Assembly: GCA_963772705.1 (NCBI GenBank)
Contig: CAVYYH010000011.1
Location: 322,384 to 386,383, forward strand
Source: an uncultured Bacteroidales bacterium
Lineage (GTDB): Bacteria; Bacteroidota; Bacteroidia; Bacteroidales; VadinHA17
Length of the DNA stretch: 64,000 nt
Direction: 5' to 3'
Shown here piece after piece: positions 55,665-64,000 of this stretch. The translations under genes and the position numbers were made by a program. Under the pieces are notes generated by a model that was not told where the DNA came from, ran no database searches, and saw nothing but the letters and a program-made list of their open reading frames with translations. The stretch's first letter is position 1. Each line of letters begins with the position of its first letter.

Positions 55665-56166
55665 CTAACAACTATGCTTATTTATATTGGCTTTCCTAAT
55701 TGTCAAAATATAGATCATAAATCCTGCTATTAAGAACCCAAATTCACTTATTAATGCGATAGCCTTATATTTAAATAATCCTAATCCGACAGACAATGAA
55801 TCGTTAAAAAATACCGGCATTTTGGTGTCTGTTGGATAAAAAGCCAGTTTTGGTGAAGCAATAATATCCAAAACTGTATGGCTAAGAACAAGCAGTCCGA
55901 TAATGAAACTTGCTTTTTTGATTCTTGCTTATTAAAAATGTAAATAATGCTGCAGCTACTGACCAGATAATTCCCATAATTACACTATGGGAGTAAGGAG
56001 AAAAGGGTGCTTTATCAGCAAGTGGCATATTTTCAATCCCTGCTGCGACAAAAACAAAAAAGACTATTTCAATAAATTCAGCAGCGATTATCAGGTAGAT
56101 AACTGAAATATCTGGTGCGATTTTTTTTGCTGCGAACCCTACTCCTACATGTGCTATGGCTGGCAT
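55665..56166 (-). pseudogene. membrane protein, possibly a YdjM/DUF457-like metal-dependent hydrolase, with a +1 frameshift in a T6/A6 run
   Basis: ORFs 55882-56166 and 55665-55871 join if one base is removed in the homopolymer at 55914-55919. The join reads ...FTFLISK / RIKKASFIIGLLVLSHTVLDIIASPKLAFYP... Confidence 0.45.
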
Positions 56167-56219
56167 TATATGTTGATTAAATGGATATAAACTTCAAGTA
56201 TAATTATCCTGTTTTGAAT

Positions 56220-56969
56220 TCAACTTGTCTGCATTTTCCCCAACTTGAGAAGCCGTATGGTAAACATTATCATCCAAGTCATTAACATTAACCCTGCTGG
56301 CATGGCAAATGCTAATGCCAGTTTCTCAACTGCAGGATTGAAGGTTACAAGTATCAGGTAGATTATCATCAGGAAATTACCGAAGATGCCTATATATGAT
56401 GTCAAACGGCTGAAGACTTTACCCCCTAACATAACACACTGACATCAATGCATTGGCGAATGTCGGCAGAGACAAATCCAATAAAAACACCAAGGCTTCC
56501 GTGAGACCCTTTTGCCAGCATGGCTTCACCTGCAGCAGCAATAAGAAGTTTCTGCTCTTCTGAACCTGCACTGAAATACTTGTGACTTAAATCCAGCATA
56601 GTTAGGGCAGTATTGCCGACAAACAAAGATGGTCGTTCCGACAAGGAACAGGATTAGAGCAAGACCTGCAGAAGGCTTGCTGGTGTTCCGATGGACAGCA
56701 TAAAGAGCAAATATTGAAGGGATTAGTATTAACTGATTGATTATGTTGAGCAGATCAAGATTATAAAGTCCCAATAGTGGATTCTTGTGAAACTGGTTGA
56801 ACCTCTCGATTGCTGTTTGTGGAAGTTCCGCAATATTACCACCAGTAACAGTACCAACAATCATATCAAGAATAATTCCAGCCAAGACGATAATTGCAGC
56901 AATTGCGCCCATCCTGTAAATAATTCTCCATTTTTTCTCAGAGGTTTCCATAAGTAAGGCTTGTTTCAT
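56220..56969 (-). pseudogene. polytopic membrane protein split into three frames (two frameshifts)
   Basis: ORFs 56526-56969, 56426-56644 and 56220-56432 read as one continuous hydrophobic protein across breaks near 56640 and 56430. Confidence 0.45.
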
Positions 56970-57083
56970 ATAAAAAACACATTCATAATTACAGAAGAGA
57001 ATGACATTCTTAATGAATTATGTTTATTCCCCCAGTGCGTACCAACAAATTTTATAAAAATTTAAATACAAATAATAACCAGA

Positions 57084-57326
57084 ATGGCAATATTTGAGGA
57101 TTTCATGAAAATAGATGTTCGGGTTGGCAAAATAATACACGTTCAGGATTTCCCTGAAGCAAGGAAGCCATCCTTCAAACTCCGAATTGACTTTGGTAAA
57201 GAAATTGGCATCAAGAGGTCATGTGCTCAGTTGACTGCAAACTATAATAAACAGGTTCTGGCAATGCGTTCAGAAACAGACACCTTATTTAAACTATGCG
57301 CAGCATGGTGGTTGTTTTGTATTTAG
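57084..57326 (+). pseudogene. CsaA-like tRNA-binding (EMAP/OB) domain protein, 3'-truncated
   Basis: MAIFEDFMKIDVRVGKIIHVQDFPEARKPSFKLRIDFGKEIGIKRSCAQLTANYNK aligns with CsaA residues 1 to ~60. Similarity is then lost and the ORF runs into repeat copy B. Confidence 0.6.
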
Positions 57327-57432
57327 GGCCGAGCGTTAAGTCCCGACATGCTATGTCGGGATAGAGAGGAGCCAGCCTGCAGGGGAGCAAGCTAAGGGAC
57401 GTTCAGCCCGCTATCCTCATTAATAAAGAACT
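57291..57432. repeat. repeat element copy B: the same 29-nt core plus hairpin modules
   Basis: Core at 57296-57324. Hairpin tcccgacat/gct/atgtcggga at 57341-57361. agctaagggacgttcagcccgc resembles copy A (agctaagggggtgtcagcccgc). It ends in aaagaact. Confidence 0.8.
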
Positions 57433-58770
57433 ATCTTTGATACTTTTAAAATTCCGGAAATAACTGAAAATCTTACATACCGCAGAATAATCCTGTTCTG
57501 GACTCCACTGGCGCTCACCTGGCTTATGATGTCCATCGAGCAGCCATTTCTCATCGCCTTTATCGCCAGGCTTGATGAGGCGAAAATCAACCTTGCCGCA
57601 TTCGGAATAGCAGGATCATTTGCAATGATAGTTGAAGCTCCGATAATAATGCTGATGAGCGCTTCCACCGCGCTTGTGTCGGGGCGCAACTCACTGAGGA
57701 AACTGAAGAGATTTACTGATCTCCTTAATGCCGGTATCACAGGCCTCCAGCTTATCATCCTGCTGCCGCCGGTGTTCGACTTCATTGTTACCGGCCTGAT
57801 GGGAGTGCCTGAAGAGGTGGCAAGACTCGCCCATATAACACTTCTGATTTTCCTTCCGTGGGCCGCATCAATCGGTTACAGGAGGTTCTACCAGGGTATA
57901 CTGATCAGAAATAACCTTACCAGAAGGGTGACTTATGGGACAATGATAAGGCTGTCAGTAATTGTGATCACGGGCCTGCTTCTGTATTTATCCGGAGCGA
58001 AAGGGGCTTATGTCGGTGCGGCAGCAATGTCACTGGCCGTGATTTGTGAAGCAATAGCCACGAGGATAATGGTTTCCGGCACACTGAAGAGAATAACGCA
58101 AACGGATGATCCCGAGAATGGAAGTATGAGTATGCGGTCAATCTCTAAATTCTATTATCCTCTTGCCCTTACCTCTGTCCTTTCTCTCGGAGTACATCCC
58201 TTCGTTACATTCTTCCTTGGCAGGAGCTATATGGCGGTTGAATCGCTGGCCGTTCTCCCTGTCGTGAGCTCACTGGTGTTCATTTTCAGAAGCATGGGAT
58301 TATCATACCAGGAAGTGAATATTGCACTTATCGGCGACAGGAGACAGAACTACCCTGCATTGAGGAATTTTGCAATATATCTCGGCATAATTGTCACAAT
58401 ACTTATCTCATTGATGGCTTTTACTCCCCTGGCCGATATCTGGTTTATCAAAGTCTCGGGGCTAAGCAAGGAACTGGCTGACCTGTCGTATCTGCCGCTC
58501 AAGATTATGATCCTTATGCCGGCGCTCACCGTCCTTCTGAATTTCCAGAGATCATCCCTTATAATCAACGGTACAACCGGTCCTATCTCAGCCGCTACTG
58601 CATTGGAGCTTATCGGGATAATTGCAGTACTGCTTGTATGTGTTGTATTCCTGAACCTCACAGGGGTACTCTCTGCCTCCATCGCCTTTATGGCCGGCAG
58701 AATCATGTCAGTCGTCTACCTGGCTCCAAAGCATGCTGAAGCTTCACGCGGCTGGAGATCGCGCAAGTAA
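57427..58770 (+). CDS. MATE-like polytopic membrane transporter; the conserved N-terminus lacks a canonical start codon
   Basis: The first ATG is at 57526, but the frame is open from 57427 and encodes a plausible TM1 (YRRIILFWTPLALTWLMMSIEQPF) with no ATG, GTG or TTG in it. Confidence 0.5.
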   Translation, partial: RTIFDTFKIPEITENLTYRRIILFWTPLALTWLMMSIEQPFLIAFIARLDEAKINLAAFGIAGSFAMIVEAPIIMLMSASTALVSGRNSLRKLKRFTDLLNAGITGLQLIILLPPVFDFIVTGLMGVPEEVARLAHITLLIFLPWAASIGYRRFYQGILIRNNLTRRVTYGTMIRLSVIVITGLLLYLSGAKGAYVGAAAMSLAVICEAIATRIMVSGTLKRITQTDDPENGSMSMRSISKFYYPLALTSVLSLGVHPFVTFFLGRSYMAVESLAVLPVVSSLVFIFRSMGLSYQEVNIALIGDRRQNYPALRNFAIYLGIIVTILISLMAFTPLADIWFIKVSGLSKELADLSYLPLKIMILMPALTVLLNFQRSSLIINGTTGPISAATALELIGIIAVLLVCVVFLNLTGVLSASIAFMAGRIMSVVYLAPKHAEASRGWRSRK

Positions 58771-58840
58771 ACCGGGTGATGACTCAGGCAATTTTGTATA
58801 TTTGAATTACCCATTCTCAGGCGTGACTAATAATACAACT

Positions 58841-59510
58841 ATGAAAAAGATACTTTCAAACCGGTTTCATTCTTCTCATAATGAGCTTAACTTTAAACAC
58901 TGTAATGGTTTCAGCACAGGATATAATACTGCCCGCCCCACACAAGTCAGGCGGCAAACCGTTGATGGAAGCCCTGAACGAAAGGCAAACCATCAGGGCC
59001 TATACCGATGCCGGACTGACTACCCAGCAGCTATCAGACCTTCTGTGGGCCGCCTGGGGAATAAACAGGCCTGACGGACACCGGACAGCACCTTCATCAC
59101 ATAACCGGCAGGAGATGGATGTCTATGTTACCATGGAAACCGGACTTTATCTCTATGATGCCACAAAAAATATTCTGAAACAGATTCATAACAAAGATAT
59201 AAGGGCACTGACCGGAACCCAGGATTTCCCGGCAACGGCACCGGTCAACCTGGTGTACGTTTCAGATATGACAAAACGAGGCAAGAAAGAGGGGGATACA
59301 ATAACTGATACGGATCTCCTCTCCTCATGGGCAAACACAGGCTTTATGGCTCAGAATGTATATCTGTACTGTGCCTCTGAGGGACTTGGCTGCGTCATCA
59401 GGGCTATGGTGCCGCGTGACCAGCTGGCAAAGGAGATGAACCTGGCCAAAAGTCAGGTGATCATCCTTGCCCAGACAGTTGGAGTGCCAGCCACCAAAAA
59501 GGGTGAATGA
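58841..59510 (+). pseudogene. secreted SagB/ThcOx-type nitroreductase-family protein, with a +1 frameshift inside the signal peptide
   Basis: MKKILSN (ATG 58841) is in frame 2. FILLIMSLTLNTVMVSAQD and the mature domain (LLWAAWGINRPDGHRTAPS) are in frame 0. The break is near 58860-58868. Confidence 0.65.
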
Positions 59511-59567
59511 GGACTCACAAGCCAAGTCCGGAAGACTTATAGCTTTTTTCCCTCAGGCACAACCCCT

Positions 59568-60671
59568 TCAATCTATTGCCAGATCGCTGCCTGTCAGTTT
59601 CAGGTGGTTCTGATATTCCCTTGTTCCGTAAAGCGCATCACGGAAGTTGACCAGCTCGATACGATTCTCCTTTATCCAGTTTTTAAGTCTTACGTCGCAC
59701 AGCGCCGCAACATCCTGAACACGGCCAACGACAAATTGCTGGGCGCGTGCGCGGTTGCCCCGCTCACCAAGCCGGTAGACATAGTAGTCAACATAGCCAG
59801 GATGCCATGACTGCGTAATAATTACATCTTCCGGATATTTAAGTATGCCGGCGCGGTCTTCGGTATAGAACAGCACAGGGTCATACTTTGCCTCCACCTG
59901 TGAGACACTGTCAGTCAATAAATCTATATATGCAGTAGTGCCGGCTGCGTTAATGATCTTGCGGCTCGCCCACTTTTCATCGGCAACGGTAGCAGGGTTG
60001 GGAGTGGCTGAGTAGTATTTTGCCCACTCTTCGCCAGCCTCCTGGGCAGCCTTGATCTTTTTGACATATTCATCATTTGTGGCCGGCTGACCTGCGAAGC
60101 CATAAGGAAGACCGTATTCATCGTTGACCTGTTTAACGGCTCTGCCCCATGGTGAGTTGCCCCTCCCGCCGCTGCCTGTGTCAGGGACCCTGCCGAGTAT
60201 CTTGATGCACCTGTCGAGCTGAGCACGGAGCTCTCTCACTGCCTCATCAAAGACCACATCCTCCGCCCTGCTGAGGTCGAGCCTGAATCTGCCGGCAAAC
60301 GGCCCATCCTTTTCTACAAGAGAAGGGACCTGCTTCGGATCGAGCACCGGTGCCCCCCACATGTGCATGTGCCAGCCGACTGAGATCCATGGCAATGCCC
60401 TCAGCCTCTCAAGGGCATCTACTGTCCCTGGCGAATCAAGCATTATATCCGCGGAGGTCACCACACCTTTCTCGATTGTTTCGAAGGCACCGATATTGCA
60501 AACCTTCGAAAAACCTACATCATCCGCCCTGACGACCATCTTCCTCCCTGCTCCTGCCGTGTAGGTTACTCCTTCAGCCCGGGCTGCAAAAGAGGGAACA
60601 GTGGCTGCAAGTCCCAGACCGGCTGCCCCGGCTCCCATTGTTTGAATAAATGTTCTTCTGTTGGTTTTCAT
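59568..60671 (-). CDS. TAT-signal YdjC/ChbG-family carbohydrate deacetylase-like protein (paralog 1)
   Basis: 367 aa with a twin-arginine signal (MKTNRRTFIQTMGAGAAGLGLAA) and a YdjC-like N-terminal motif (VRADDVGFSKVCNIGAFETIEKGVVTSADIML). Confidence 0.6.
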   Translation of the reverse strand: MKTNRRTFIQTMGAGAAGLGLAATVPSFAARAEGVTYTAGAGRKMVVRADDVGFSKVCNIGAFETIEKGVVTSADIMLDSPGTVDALERLRALPWISVGWHMHMWGAPVLDPKQVPSLVEKDGPFAGRFRLDLSRAEDVVFDEAVRELRAQLDRCIKILGRVPDTGSGGRGNSPWGRAVKQVNDEYGLPYGFAGQPATNDEYVKKIKAAQEAGEEWAKYYSATPNPATVADEKWASRKIINAAGTTAYIDLLTDSVSQVEAKYDPVLFYTEDRAGILKYPEDVIITQSWHPGYVDYYVYRLGERGNRARAQQFVVGRVQDVAALCDVRLKNWIKENRIELVNFRDALYGTREYQNHLKLTGSDLAID

Positions 60672-60700
60672 TTTAAGTTAAGTTAATTAATCGAGTATCA

Positions 60701-61829
60701 TTAAGTTAACAAATCTGGCTGGCCCCTGAGGAAATGAAGTTTAAGCGTAAGACGGGTACACACCATTTTCAGAGTAACGTATTCTTCCCAGGCCCTTGAC
60801 CTGTTTGTAATATGCCACGGACTTTTCACCTTATTGCTGATTGTCTCCTCAATGTAGGTATAGCGTTTCGGGTCTTCAATAACCTCATTAAGAGCTTCAA
60901 GGATATTAAGCAGTACACTGTTTTCAAGGTTGTTCGCAAAGTGTCCGGAGAAAACATAGTCAAACTCATCAAGACGGGTAACAAGTATTTTCAGGCGGTC
61001 ACGGTATGAAGTCAGGTTGCAGTATTCCTGGTAAAACATGCCCTTTTTTGGTCCGCCGCCGCAGCCGATACGGTCGCTGATCACATCGTCGCCGGCAATC
61101 AGGTTACGGCCTTTCTTGTCTATAAACATGGCGTGTCCTGCAGCATGACCTGCAGTCCAGAAGAGCTCGATGTCATAATCACCGCCAAGATTGAAGATAT
61201 GCCCGTCAGGTACGCCGATAAGCTCGTAATCCTTATACTGCGGCAAATCTTTCAGATCATACTCAACATAGTCATTGTTGAATCTGTCCCAGGCTCCGGG
61301 CTTTACTACTGTTTTGATGTTGTCCACTTCATACTCGTGGCAGTAAACCTTGTCCCACAGAACGTTTCCCAGTGAATGATCGCTTCCCAGGTGAGTATTC
61401 ACAACAATCACCGGCATGTTTCCGGTCAACTTGTTTACAAGACCTTTCTGGTCACCGAGACCCGAATGCGGTGTCGATCAGCATCGCCTTCTCCGGCCCG
61501 ATGATCAGGTACTGCCACACATCGCCGCCACTTCCCAGGCTTGGATTCCATAGTCCGTACATATTGTCTGTGTACTTGTAGACTTCAACATATGGATTGA
61601 TGTCATAGACTTTCCTGGTATCATTGCCTTCCCTGAACATCTTCTGGAATGTCCAGCTGAGATTGTTTTGTATCCAGTTAGTATTATTCTTATCATTCAA
61701 ATCGCCCCATTTAAGCCTTTTTGATTTGGATGCACCTTTAATCGGTGCCATCATAACTATATTTTTATTTTGCTCTGTCCATTTTATATCCTCCTGATAT
61801 ATCTTATTGAGACATTTGTATTTAATCAA
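60701..61829 (-). pseudogene. MBL-fold hydrolase paralog 1: no signal peptide, degenerate metal motif, at least 2 frameshifts
   Basis: HLGSDH replaces HxHxDH. There is a break at the G3 run (61461-61463). The C-terminus is more similar to paralog 2 in an alternative frame ending at 60741. Confidence 0.6.
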
Positions 61830-62987
61830 GCTTTCTTATAGCCGTAGGCAATGACACTGAAATCCTTGATAAACTTGAAATACCTAACGGCAGGTTCGCT
61901 GGCGTTCTTGCCCCATGTCTCAATAGTATAATCAGGTTTGTCAGGATTGGCAAGGATAGCGTCGCAGGCATCCAGAATATTTAGGCATCAGATTGTTTTC
62001 GATGTTGTTCATGAAATGCTGAGGGAATATATGGTCATATTCGCCCATGCGGTTCACAAGCCTCTTCACGTTGTCACGATACACCTTCAGCGCATGTATT
62101 TTCACCATACGGACCAGGCTTGACTATATTGACTGAACCGCAGCCTGAAACGTCGCTGCAGATGTTGTCGCCAGTGAACAGGATGCGGTCCTTTTTTGTC
62201 AATGTATGCGGCATGGCCTGCTGCATGTCCGCCTGTGAACACCAGCTCCACCTCATAGTCGCCGCCCAGGTTGAATTTGTGGCCGTCTTTTACGCCGACA
62301 ATTTCATATTTCTTAAATTTCGGCAGGTCATTCCTGTCAAATTCAAGCCAGATGTTGTTACCGAAAGCATCAAAGAGGTAATCCCACATATGCTCATTCT
62401 GGTTATTAAGGTATGGCACCAGGTATTCATGGCAGTAAACCTTTTCGAAACGGCAGTTGCCATAAGCATGGTCATAATGTTCATGGGTGTTTACAACGAT
62501 AATCGGTTTGCCCCCTGTAATTTCATCAACCAGTCCTTTAAGGTCACCCAGGCCATAGGCAGTATCAATGAGCATCGCCTTTTCCGGCCCGATGATGAGG
62601 TACATCCAGACATCGCCCATGCCGTCACAGTTTTCGGTGAACAGTCCGTACAGGTTGTCACGGAACTGATAGACCTCGACGTAAGGGTTGATGTCGTATA
62701 TTTTTCTCGTTTTGTTATGCTCTCTCAGCTCCTTCATGAATGCCCAGCTGATCTGGTTCTGCGGCACATCGAACTTTATCCGCTTTGATTTCAGCTCCTG
62801 ATTTGATTGGCCACATCTGTTTATTCCTTTTTACCGGAACGGCGGGTGGAGAGTTCTTGCTGCAGGCTTCCGTACCGGGGGCTGCAGAGGCCGAAAATAC
62901 AAGGGGTGAAGCCAGGGTAAGCCCTGCGGCACCAGCTCCCACATGCTGAAGAAAATTTCTTCTGTTGGTTTTCATGTTGATATCCAA
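61826..62987 (-). pseudogene. TAT-signal MBL-fold metallo-hydrolase paralog 2, with at least 4 frameshifts
   Basis: MKTNRRNFLQHVGAGAAGLTLA signal, intact THEHYDH and GGHAAGH motifs. Frame breaks lie near 62770-62790, 62192-62197 (T6), 62099-62102 and 61980-61982. Confidence 0.6.
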
Positions 62988-63048
62988 TTAGTCATTTTAG
63001 TATCATTCTCAATTAACACCGCCCGAGCAGGTTATTTCATAGGCACTT

Positions 63049-64000
63049 TTATTCAATGGCCAGATCGCTTCCGATCAGTTTAAGGTGATTCTGATATTCT
63101 CTGGTTCCGTACAATGCATCACGAAAGTTGACCAGCTCGATACGGTTTTCTTTGATCCAGTTTTTGAGTCTCGGGTCGCACATAGCGGCCACATCCTGTG
63201 TACGGCCTACCACAAACTGTTGTGCACGTGCGCGGTTGACCCGCTCACCGAGACGATAGACGTAATAGTCAACATAGCCGGGATGCCACGCTTTAGTAAA
63301 AATCCAGTCGTCAGGATATCCCAAAATACCATTGGGGTCTTCGGTATAATATAAAACGGGGTCATAGTTCTTTTCAACTGATGAGATAGAGTCGGTTAAC
63401 AGATTAATTGTACCATTCGTACCGCCTGGATTATATATTTTTCGACTTGCCCATTTCTCGTCGCACTTGCCAAGCTTTTTATCCGGAACTTCATAGTATT
63501 TTGCCCACTCTTCACCTGCTGCCTTGGCTGCTTTAATATGTTCGATCCACTTATCACTGACAGGTGCAGCATCGCTTGTAAAATTATAGACCAGACCATA
63601 GTCATCACTTACCTGTTTGACGGCCCGGCCCCATGGTGAGGAGCTTCTGTTCCCGCCGCCGGTATCAGGCACTCTGCCCAGTATTCTGATGCATCTGTCC
63701 AGTTGTGCACGCAACTCGCTTACTGCTTCATCATAGACTACATCTTCTGCCCGACTAAGGTCCATCCTGAATCTTCCATCAAATTGCCCGCCTTTTTCCA
63801 CAAGAGATGGTACCTGCTTCGGATCCAGCACAGGCGCCCCCCACATATGCATATGCCATTCCACTGAAATCCATGGAAGTGCCTTCAGCCTTTCGAGGGC
63901 ATCTTCAGTACCCGGGTCAGCCAGCATTACAGCTGCTACTGTAACTACCCCGTTTTCAATCGCTTCGAAGGAGCCGATATTGCAGACCTTCGAAAAGCCG
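63049..64000 (-). CDS. YdjC/ChbG-family deacetylase-like protein (paralog 2), with its 5' end beyond the window
   Basis: The frame is open to 64000 (FSKVCNIGSFEAIENGVVTVAAVMLADPGTEDAL...). By eye it is roughly 85-90% identical in protein to paralog 1 over the conserved blocks. Confidence 0.6.
   Translation of the reverse strand, partial: GFSKVCNIGSFEAIENGVVTVAAVMLADPGTEDALERLKALPWISVEWHMHMWGAPVLDPKQVPSLVEKGGQFDGRFRMDLSRAEDVVYDEAVSELRAQLDRCIRILGRVPDTGGGNRSSSPWGRAVKQVSDDYGLVYNFTSDAAPVSDKWIEHIKAAKAAGEEWAKYYEVPDKKLGKCDEKWASRKIYNPGGTNGTINLLTDSISSVEKNYDPVLYYTEDPNGILGYPDDWIFTKAWHPGYVDYYVYRLGERVNRARAQQFVVGRTQDVAAMCDPRLKNWIKENRIELVNFRDALYGTREYQNHLKLIGSDLAIE

Noticed and set aside
54098-57432. Classical integrase-mediated genomic island inserted into the ssrA 3' end.
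   Set aside because: There is no integrase, excisionase or other mobility gene. The direct repeat is not a duplicate of the tmRNA 3' end (ggttcgactcccgccagctcca). It is kept only as a repeat-bounded islet of unclear origin.

Overview
This is a 64-kb chromosomal segment of a Bacteroidota (Bacteroidia-type) bacterium, roughly 50% GC by eye. From 1 to 9.2 kb on the minus strand lies the canonical block rpoC(5' part)-rpoB-rplL-rplJ-rplA-rplK-nusG-secE-tRNA-Trp-tuf-tRNA(Thr,Gly,Tyr,Thr). It is followed by hpf, a Xer-type recombinase and rpsU. The next ~45 kb are mostly housekeeping genes: BamA/TamA-like OMP, PorT-like protein, ubiE, tricorn-like protease, BNR/sortilin-like protein, msrAB, gap, a BlaI/BlaR1-TonB pair, miaA, rpe, rpoD, rho, nifJ (PFOR), ruvX, def, comEC, trkA, tsaC and two glycosyltransferases. 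Seven RNA genes are invisible to the ORF track: five tRNAs, SRP RNA (ffs) and tmRNA (ssrA, tag GENNYALAA). Several candidate Bacteroidota-type TAnnTTTG -7 promoter boxes and hairpin terminators can be read directly. Downstream of ssrA (54.5-64 kb) the character changes. There is an AT-rich ~2.7-kb islet bracketed by a 29-nt perfect direct repeat plus GC-rich hairpin modules. It is followed by truncated or frameshifted genes and a four-gene cluster of paralogous TAT-signal YdjC/ChbG-like deacetylases and MBL-fold hydrolases. I found no CRISPR array, rRNA, integrase, transposase, or recognisable defence or toxin-antitoxin system, and I cannot honestly name a clear novel multi-gene system. Five observations seem most worth a second look. 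(1) Families of tandem heptanucleotide (STRR-like) arrays sit in gene-tail intergenic regions. (2) The repeat-bounded islet lies next to ssrA. (3) rho carries a Q/P-rich low-complexity insert and is not readable in one frame. (4) The YdjC/MBL paralog cluster is partly decayed. (5) About 17 reading-frame breaks are present, and all but one behave as a single extra base (+1). That bias suggests a systematic sequence artefact, so every pseudogene call here is provisional.
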